Source: Camelus ferus (Eukaryota). From it: a stretch of 64,000 nt of DNA. The notes below the pieces were generated by a model that was not told the origin of the DNA, made no database searches, and saw only the letters and a program-made list of their open reading frames with translations. The position numbers and the translations under genes were made by a program. The first letter of the stretch is position 1; every line of letters starts with the position of its first letter. Location: the NCBI RefSeq assembly GCF_009834535.1, contig NC_045697.1, forward strand, positions 120,158,001-120,222,000. The letters are read 5' to 3'. Positions 55,330-64,000 of the stretch are shown piece by piece.

Positions 55330-58300
55330 TCTAATGGAACCCAGGCACTACAGACCGTTGTAGGAAGCTCCGCACATGCAGGAAAACAGAATAATTTTTT
55401 GTATCTGATTAAGATGTTAAAAAATCCACGCATGTTTCAGGGGGAACAGGTTTTCCTAGGTTGGGTGAGGTCAGATTATTCCCATTAATGCCCATGTGGA
55501 GGTAGTCGCACCTGCTTGATTTTCCATCCCATCCCCCAGTTTCCCTTGAAACCCAGTCAGAGGAAACAGTCAGCAAATTTAGCTAAAGATTCTATTAGTA
55601 CCCAGGCGCTGCTGACAGTTACAGAAACCTCCCCACACACAGAGTAACAGAGCACTTCTTTGTGTGTGTGATGGACCAAGAAAACACACTCAATGCATGT
55701 AACTGGGGTGCAGATATAACCAGTTTTGGAGACGTTGGTTAAGTATCTCCACAGCCCAAGGGGAGGTACTCTCTTTTCTTCGTTTTGCAGCACTTCTCCC
55801 AGCTTTCACTTGCAACCCGGGTTAGGAAAACACCCAGGGATGAGAAACTAAGTGATTCTATCAGAACCCCAGCGCTGCTGTCGGTTGGAGGAACATCCAC
55901 ACACACAGGATTAACAAACAAGTCTTTGCTTGGGGGAATTGTGAAGCCCCACACCACACACATGACTGAGGGGACAATTTTTTCCCTGTTAGGTAAAATT
56001 CCGCTAATTACCTCTACAGATCATTGTGGGGCACTCGCTGCTACTTGGATTTCCATCCCAACACCCAGGTTTCCCTTGCAGCCCGGCCTGGGAAAACACA
56101 CAGGGAATAGTATCTACTGGTGCTATTAGAACATATGCGCTGCTTACAATTGTGGAAAACTTCGAACACTCATGATAACAGAGCACATATTTCTGTGTGT
56201 GATGGAGTAGTAAAACACAATCCAGGCATTTTTCTGGGGATCCAGTTTTTCCCAGGGTGGGAGAAGTCGGCTAGTTTCCTTCAATGCCCATGGGGATACA
56301 TTGACATCTTCTTCGTTTTCAAGCCCAACTTCCAAATTTCCCTTGCATCCTGGTCTTGGATTATAACCAGGGATGACAGTCTAAGTGATTTTATCAGAGC
56401 TACGATGCTGCTGTCTAATTTAGGAAATTCCAGAAACTTAGGATTGTGGATCACGGCTATGCTTGGGGGTAGCTTTGGAGACCCACACCACAGAGATGGC
56501 TGGGGGCACAGGTTTTTCCCTGTTAGGGAGATGTCCGCTAATTACCTCCACAGTCCATCTTGGGTCACTCGCTGCTACATGGCTTTCCAGCGCAAGCGCA
56601 GCATTCCCTCGAATGCCGGGCTGGGAAAAAAACAGGGATAATAAGCCAGTGGTTCTATTGGAAACCAGGTGCTGCAGAACATTGTAGGATACTCCCCACA
56701 CACAGGAAAAGAGAACACCTCTTTGTGTGTCTCATGCAGTTTGGTAAACAAACTCCACGTGTGTTTCAGGGGGTTAAGTTGTTCCTAGTTAGTGGGAGTT
56801 CGGGTAATTTCCTAAAATGCCCATGGGGAGGCACTCGCTCCTGCTTGGTTTTCCAGCCCAACCCCCAGATTTCCCTCTCAGCCCGGCCTGGGAAAACACT
56901 CAGGGATAATATGCTATTGGTTGTATTGGAACCCAGTCGCTACTTACCGTTGTAGGCTCTTTCCCACATCTGGGATAACAGAAGAAATCTTTGTGTGTCT
57001 GATGGAGATGGGTAAAAAAACTCCACGCATGTTTCTGGGGAATAAGTGTTCCAAGGCAGTAGGACGTCGGGAAATTACCTCAAATTATCATTGGGTATAA
57101 CTCGCTGCTGCAACGAATTACAGCCAACCCCACAGATTTACCTCGCAGCTAGGCGTGTGAAAAAAACTCACGGAAAAAAGAAGACTGGTGCTATTAGAAC
57201 CCAGGCGCTGCTGATATATGTAGAATCCTCCCCACACTCAAGATAGCAGAACACATAATTGTGTGTGTCATGGTGTAGATAAATACACTCCAGGCATATT
57301 TCTGGGGGAACAGCTGTTCCCAGTATTGGAGATGTTGCCTAATTAACTCCACTGCCAATGGGGAGGGAATCTATACTTCTTCGGTTTGCAGACCATCTCC
57401 CAAATTTCCCTTACAGCCCGGCCTAAGAAAACACCTAGTGATGACAATATTATTGATTCTATAAGAAACCCGGGCTGCTGTCTGTTGGAGGCACAACACA
57501 GCCTCAAAATTCCGGAGCAAGTATTTGCTTGGGGGAGGTGTGGAGCCCCACACCACACAGATGCATGGGGTCACAGATTTTCCTTGTTAATGAGAAGTCT
57601 GCTAATTACCTCTACAGTCAATCTCTGGGCAATCGTTGCTACTTGGCTTTCAAGCCGAACCCACTGCTTTCCCTTGCAACCCTCCCTGGAAAACACTCAG
57701 AGATATTAAGTTAATGGTTCTATTGGAACAGAAGCACTGCAGACCGTTGTAGGAACCTCCGCACACGCAGGATAACAGAACACTTTTTTTGTGTCTCATT
57801 GAGATGGTAAAAGCTCCACGCATGTTTCAGGGTGTACTGGTGTTCCTAGGTTGTGGGAGGTCAGATACATCCCACTACAGCCCATGGGGAAATACTCGCT
57901 CCTGCTTGGCTTTCCAGCCCATGCCCCAGGTTCCTATGCAACCCAGCCTGAGAAAACAATCAGGAAATGTAGCTAAAGTTTCTATCAGAACCCCGTTGCT
58001 ACAGTCTGTTGTAGGAACTTCCACACACACAGTATTCCCAAACATGGCATTGCTTGGAAGAATTTTGAAGCCAAAAAAACCACACATGGCTGGGGGCACA
58101 AGTTTTTCCCTTTTAGGGCCAAGTCCGCTAATTACTTCCATAGTCCATCTCGGGGCACTCGCTTCTACTTGGATTTCCAGCCCAACCCCCATGTTTCCCT
58201 TGCAGCCCGGCCTGGTGTAACACAGAGTAAAAAGAAGCTATTGGTGATAATCGATCCCATGCCCTGCTGACAATTGTGGAAACCTTCGAACACTCAGGAT

Positions 58301-60366
58301 AACAGAACATATCTTTCTGTGTGTAATGGAGTAGGAAAACACACTCCAGGCATTTTTCTGGGGATCCAGGTTTTTCCAGGTTGGGAGATGTCGGCTAGAT
58401 TCCTTCAGTGCCCATGGGGTGGCACTGTCTTCTTCATCGTTTTCAAGCCCAACTCCCAGCTTTGAATTGCAGCCCGGAGAAGTGAAACACCCATGGATGA
58501 CAAATAAGTGATTCTATCAGAACCCTGGTTTGCCGTCTGTTGGAGGAACCTCCAAACCTTCAGGATTCTGGAACACGTCTTTGAGTGTGGGGAGTTGTGG
58601 AACCCCAATCCACGCAGATGAATGGGGTCACAGATTTGTCCCTCTTAGGGAGAAGTCCGCTAATTAACTCCACAGTGCACCTTGGGGCACTCGATGCTTC
58701 TTAGAATTTCAGTCAATCCCCTAGTTTTCTCTTGCAGCCCGTACTTGTTTAACACTAAGTGATAATAAGCTAGGTTTCTATTGGAACCCAGGTGCTGCAG
58801 AAAATTGTAGGAAACTCCCCACACTCAGAATAACAGAACAATACTTTGAGTGTCTGATTTAGATGGGTAAACTAAATCCACGCATGTTTCATGTTGTATA
58901 GGTGTTCCTAGGATGTGGGAATTCGGATATTAACATCCACTGTCCATGGGGAATCCCTTGAAGATGCTTGGATTCCAGCAAAACCCCCAGCGTTCCCTCG
59001 CATCCCGGCCTGTGAAAACACTCAGGGAAAATAATCTACAGATTGTATAAGAACTAAGGCGCTCCTGACAGATGTAGAAACCTCCCTACACTAAGGAAAA
59101 CAGAACATAACTTTGTGTGTTTGATGGAGTAGGAAAACACAGTAAGGCATGTCCCTGGGTGGCAGGTGTTCGCAGGATGGGAAATGTTGGCTAATTTCCT
59201 CCACTGCCCATGGGGGAGCACTCTCTTCTTCTTCGATATCGAGCCCTAATCCTAGCATTCCCTTGCAGCCCGACCGTGGAAAACACCCAGGGATGACAAA
59301 CTAAATCATTCTATCAGAACCAGGGCGCTGCTGTATGTTGGAGGAACTTCCAAACTCTCAGGATTCTGGAAAACGGATACACTTGGTGCGAGTTGTGAAG
59401 CCCCACAGCACACTAATTGCTGGGGCCAAGATTTTCCCTTTTAGGGCCAAGTCCACTAATTACCTCCATAGTCCATCTCGGGGCACACGCTGCTACTTGG
59501 ATTTCCAGCCCAAACCCAAGTTTTACCTCTCAGCACGGCCTGGGAAACACAGAGGAAAAATATGTTATTGGTTGTAAAGGAACCCAGTCTCTACCTAACT
59601 TTGTAGGAACCTTCCCACAACTAGGATAAAAGAAGAAAAATTTGTGTGTCTGATGGAATTGGGTAAACAAAGTCCAAGAATGTATCATGGGGCTTAGGTG
59701 TTCCAAGGCTGTGGGACGTCAGAAAATTAACTCAAATTCTCATGGGGAGTAACTCGCTGCTGCTGCGAATTACAGCCAAGCCCATAGTTTAACTCGCAGC
59801 CAGGCCTGTGAAAACACTCACGGAAAACTAAATACTGGTGCTACTAGAAACCAGGCGCTGCTGAAATTTGTAGAATACTCCCCACACTCAGGATAGCAGA
59901 ACAAATTTTGTGTGTGTGATTTTGGAGGAAAATACACTCCAGGCATGTTTCTGGGGGTACAGCTTTTCCCAGGTTTGGAGATGTTGCCTAATTACCTCCA
60001 CTTCCAATGGGGAGGCACTCTAACCTTCTTCGCTTTCCAGACCAACTCCCAGCTTTCTTTTGAAGCCCGGCCTAAGAAAACACCTAGGGATGACAATATT
60101 AGTGATTCTATCAGAACCCCCGCTCTCCTGCCTGTTGGAGGTACAACACACACTCAAAATTCCGGAACATGGCTTTGCTTGGTGGAGGTTTGGGGACGAA
60201 CACCACAAGATGCCTGGGGGCACAGTTTCTCTCTGTCTGGGAGAAGCCCGCTAATTAACTCTACAGTCCATCTCTGGGCAATCCTGGCTAATTGGCTTTC
60301 CAGCCGAACCCCCAGTTTCCCTCGCAGCCCGCCCTGGAACACACTCAGGGATTATAAGCTAGTGGT
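55330..60366. repeat. 19-monomer HOR (5037 bp = 9-mer + 10-mer)
   Basis: There are 19 anchors between 55330 and 60367. ORFs 57789/62829, 57875/62915 and 58274/63314 recur at +5040. Confidence 0.9.
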
Positions 60367-63300
60367 TCTATTGGAACCCAGGCACTGCAGACCATTTTAG
60401 GAAGCTCCGCACACGCAGGATAACAGAACACATTTTTTGTGTCTGATTGATATGTTAAAAAGTCCACGCATGTTACAGTGGGTACAGGTTTTCCTAGGTT
60501 GAGGGAGTTCAGATTATTCCCATTAATGCCCATGTGTTGTTAATTGCTCCTGCTTGGATTTCCATCCCATCCCCCTGTTTCCCTTGCAACCCAGTCAGAG
60601 CAAACAGTCAGGAAATTTAGCTAAAATTTCTATTAGAACCCAGGTGCTGCTGACAGTTATAGAAACCTCCCCATACACAGTGTAACCGAGCACTTCTTTG
60701 TGTGTGTGATGGACCAAGAAAACACACTCCATGCATGTATCTGGGGTGCAGATGTAACCAGGTTTGGAGACGTTGGCTAATTATCTCCACAGCCCAAGGG
60801 GGGCACTCTATTTTCTTCGTTTTCCAGCCCTACTCCCAGCTTTCCCTTGCAACCCGGGTTAGGAAAACACCCAGGGATGACAAACTAAATGATTCTATCA
60901 GAACCCCGGCACTGCTGTCTGTTGGAGGAACCTCCACACACACAGGATTAACAAACACGTCTTTGCTTGGGGCAATTTTGAAGCCCCACTCCACACAAAT
61001 GGCTGAGGGCACAAGTTTTTCCCTGTTAGGTAGAAGTCCGCTAATTACCTCTACAGACCATCGTGGGTCACTCGCTGCTTCTTGGATTTCCATCCCAACC
61101 ACCAGGTTTCCCTTGCAGCCTGGCCTGGGGAAACACACAGGGAAAAGGTTCTACTGGTGCCATTAGAACACATACGCTGCTTACAATTTTGGAAAACTAC
61201 GAACACTCATGATAACAGAGCACATCTTTCTGTGTGAGATGGAGTAGTAAGACACACTCCAGGCATTTTTCTGTGGATCCAGTTTTTCTCAGGTTGGGAG
61301 ATGTCGGCTAGATTCCTTCACTGCCCATGGGGATGCATTGACTTCTTCTTCGTTTTCAAGCCCAACTTCCAAATTTCCCTTGCATCCCGGTCTTGGATTA
61401 TAACAAGGGATGACAGTTTAAATGATTTTATCAGAGCTACGATGCTGCTGTCTATTTTAGGAACTTCCAGAAACTTAAGATTCTGGATCACGGCTATGCT
61501 TGGGGGTAGCTTTGGAGACCCACACCACAGAGATGGCTGGGGGCACAGGTTTTTCCCTGTTAGGGAGATTTCCGCTAATTACCTCCACAGTCCATCTCGG
61601 GTCACTCGCTGCTACATGGCTTTCCAGCGCAAGCGCAGCATTCCCTCGCAGTCCGGCCTGGGAAAACAAACAGTTATAATAAGCCAGTGGTTCTATTGGA
61701 ACCCAGGTGCTGCAGAACATTGTAGGATACTCCCCACACACAGGAAAATAGAACACCTCTTTGTGTGTATCATGCAGTTTGGTAAACAAACTCCACACGT
61801 GTTACAGGGGGTTAAGTTGTTCCTAGTTAGTGGGAGTTCGGGTAATTTCCTAAAATGCCCATGGGGAGGCACTCGCTCCTGCTTGGCTTTCCAGCCCAAC
61901 CCCCAGAAATCCCTCTAAGTCCGGCCTGGGAAAACACTCAGGGATAATATGCTATTGGTTGTATTGGAACCCAGTCGCTACCTAACGTTGTAGGTTCCTT
62001 CCCACATCTGGGATATCAGAAGATATCTTTGTGTGTCTGATTGAGATGGGTAAACAAACTCCACGCATTTTTCAGGGGGAATAGGTGTTCCAAGGCTGTA
62101 GGACGTCGGGAAATTACCTCAAATTATCATTGGGTATAACTCGCTGCTGCTACGAATTACAGCCAAGCCCACAGATTTACCTCGCAGCTAGGCGTGTGAA
62201 AAAAACTCACGGAAAATAAAAGACTTGTGCTATTAGAACCCAGGCGCTGCTGATATTTGTAGAATCCTCCCCACACTCAGGATAGCAGAACACAACTTTG
62301 TGTGTGTCATGGTGTAGATAAATACACTCCAGGCATATTTCTTGGGGAACAGTTCTTCCCTGGTTTGGAGATGTTGCCTAATTACCTCCACTGCCAATGG
62401 GGAGGGAATCTATACTTCTTCGCTTTGCAGACCATCTCCCAAATTTCCCTTACAGCCCTGCCTAAGAAAACACCTAGTGATGACAATATTAGTGATTCTA
62501 TGAGAAACCCGGTGCTGCTGTCAGTTGGAGGCACAACACAGACTCAAAATTCCAGAGCAAGGATTTGCTTGGGGGAGGTGTGGAGCCCCACACCACACAG
62601 ATGCATGGGGTCACAGATTTTCCTTGTTTATGAGAACTCTGCTAATTACCTCTACAGTCAATCTCTGGGCACTCGTTGCTACTTGGCTTTCCAGCCGAAC
62701 CCACTGCTTTCCCTTGCAACCCTCCCTGGAAAACACTCAGAGATAATAAGTTAATGGTTCTATTGGAACAGAAGCACTGCAGACCGTTGTAGGAACCTCC
62801 GCACACGCAGGATAACAGAACACTTTTTTTGTGTCTCATTGAGATGGTAAAAGCTCCACGCATGTTTCAGGGTGTACTGGTGTTCCTAGGTTGTGGGAGG
62901 TCAGATACATCCCACTACAGCCCATGGGGAAGTACTCGCTCCTGCTTGGCTTTCCAGCCCATGCCCCAGGTTCCTTTGCAACCCAGCCTGAGAAAACAAT
63001 CAGGAAATGTAACTAAAGTTTCTATCATAACCCCGGTGATACAGTCTGTTGTAGGAACTTTCACACACACAGGATTCCCAAACATGGCATTGCTTGGAAG
63101 AATTTTGAAGCCCCAATCCACACACATGGCTCGCGGCACATGTATTTCCCTGTTAGGTAGAAGTCCGCTAATTACCTCCATAGTCCATCTCGGGGCACTC
63201 GCTGCTACTTGGATTTCCAGCCCAACCCCCATGTTTCCCTTGCAGCCCGGCCTGGTGTAACACAGAGTAAAAAGAAGCTATTGGTGATAATCGATCCCAT

Positions 63301-64000
63301 GCCCTGCTGACAATTGTGGAAACCTTCGAACACTCAGGATAACAGAACATATCTTTCTGTGTGTGATGGTGTAGGAAAACACACTCCAAGCTTTTTCTGG
63401 GGATCCAGGTTTTTGCAGGTTGGGAGATGTCGGCTACATTCCTTCAGTGCCCATGGGGTGGCACTGTCTTCTTCTACGTTTTCAAGCCCTACTACCAGCT
63501 TTCTTGCAGCCTGGACATGTGAAACACCCATGGATGACAAATAAGTGATTCTATCAGAACCCCGGCGTTGCTGTCTGTTGGAGGAACCTCCAAACCTTCA
63601 GGATTCTGGAACACGTCTTTGACTGTGGGGAGTTGTGGAACTCCAATCCACGCAGATGGATGAGGTCACAGATTTGTCCCTGTTAGGGAGAAGTCCGCTA
63701 ATTACCTCCACAGTGCACCTTGGGGCACTCACTTCTTCTTAGATTTTCAGTCAATCCCCAAGTTTTCACTTGCAGCCCTGCCTTGTTTAACACTCAGTGA
63801 TAATAAGCTAGGTTTCTATTGGAACCCAGGTGCTGCAGACAATTATATGTACTTCCCCACACTCAGAATAACAGAACACTACTTTGAGTGTCTGATTTAG
63901 ATAGGTAAACTAAATCCACGCATGTTTCATGTTGTATAGGCGTCCCTAGTTTGTGGGAGTTCGGATATATACATCCACTCTCCATGGGGAGTCACTTGCA
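60367..64000. repeat. Second 19-monomer HOR, truncated by the window end (about 14 monomers visible)
   Basis: Collinear with 55330-~58960 at an offset of ~5040. Confidence 0.85.

Larger units (their letters stand above)
1..64000. repeat. Tandem satellite DNA array, ~265-bp monomer, organised in higher-order repeats; extends beyond both window ends
   Basis: The anchor motif tctat(t/c)(g/a)gaac, or a close variant, recurs at 221, 482, 749, 1014, 1282, 1547, 1814, 2082, 2350, 2609, 2871, 3135, 3402, 3662, 3921, 4185, 4451, 4718, 4983, 5250, 5515, 5779, 6047, 6315, 6575 and onward to ~63814. Most monomers also carry variants of ctaattacctc, cccatgggg/ggggcactc and tttcccttgcagccc. All monomers face the same way. 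Confidence 0.98.

Noticed and set aside
33..63544. Hundreds of 60-205 aa ORFs, e.g. 12476-12964, 28388-28876, 56120-56641, 61301-61918
   Set aside because: They overlap on both strands, many lack an ATG start, and they recur at the satellite period. They are broken by stops or frameshifts in sibling copies (e.g. taa versus tac at ~6201 vs ~12557), monomer lengths do not preserve frame, and I recognise no protein domain.
1..64000. CRISPR-like regular spacing of short conserved motifs
   Set aside because: The intervening sequences are homologous to each other rather than unique spacers, the period is ~265 bp, and there are no cas genes.
1..64000. Tandem small-RNA gene cluster (5S, tRNA, snoRNA or miRNA) or C2H2 zinc-finger coding array
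   Set aside because: I found no recognisable 5S or tRNA sequence, no consistently paired C/D boxes and no 84-bp C2H2 period. An Infernal/Rfam scan plus small-RNA data would be needed to exclude this formally.
1..64000. Assignment to a known family such as alpha (171 bp), gamma (220 bp), mouse major (234 bp) or horse 37cen (221 bp) satellite
   Set aside because: The monomer length differs and I recognise no sequence similarity. No species assignment can be supported without a database search.

Overview
The whole 64-kb window is one uninterrupted, single-orientation satellite DNA array of ~265-bp monomers (about 241 of them, spacing 259-268 bp between the recurring 'tctat(t/c)(g/a)gaac' anchor). 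I see no credible genes, RNA genes, CRISPR arrays or transposon insertions. The ORFs are short, lie on both strands and recur at the repeat period. The array is probably eukaryotic and (peri)centromeric-type heterochromatin, likely vertebrate given the CpG-to-TpG/CpA variation; I cannot identify the species or family. The interest lies in its nested higher-order repeat (HOR) structure. Three monomer classes (an inferred ancestral ~795-bp trimer) build 9-, 11-, 13-, 14-, 6- and 19-monomer modules. From left to right these form: two near-identical 24-mer HORs (6354 and 6356 bp), a third copy with a precise 4-monomer deletion, three 20-mer HORs (~5304 bp), an older 24-mer, a duplicated 11-mer, a 14+6+14+11 irregular zone, and 19-mer HORs (~5040 bp). 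Several unequal-crossover junctions, chimeric monomers, a probable gene-conversion patch and conserved palindromes can be located by eye. Unit boundaries below use the anchor as an arbitrary phase, and identity levels are by-eye estimates.
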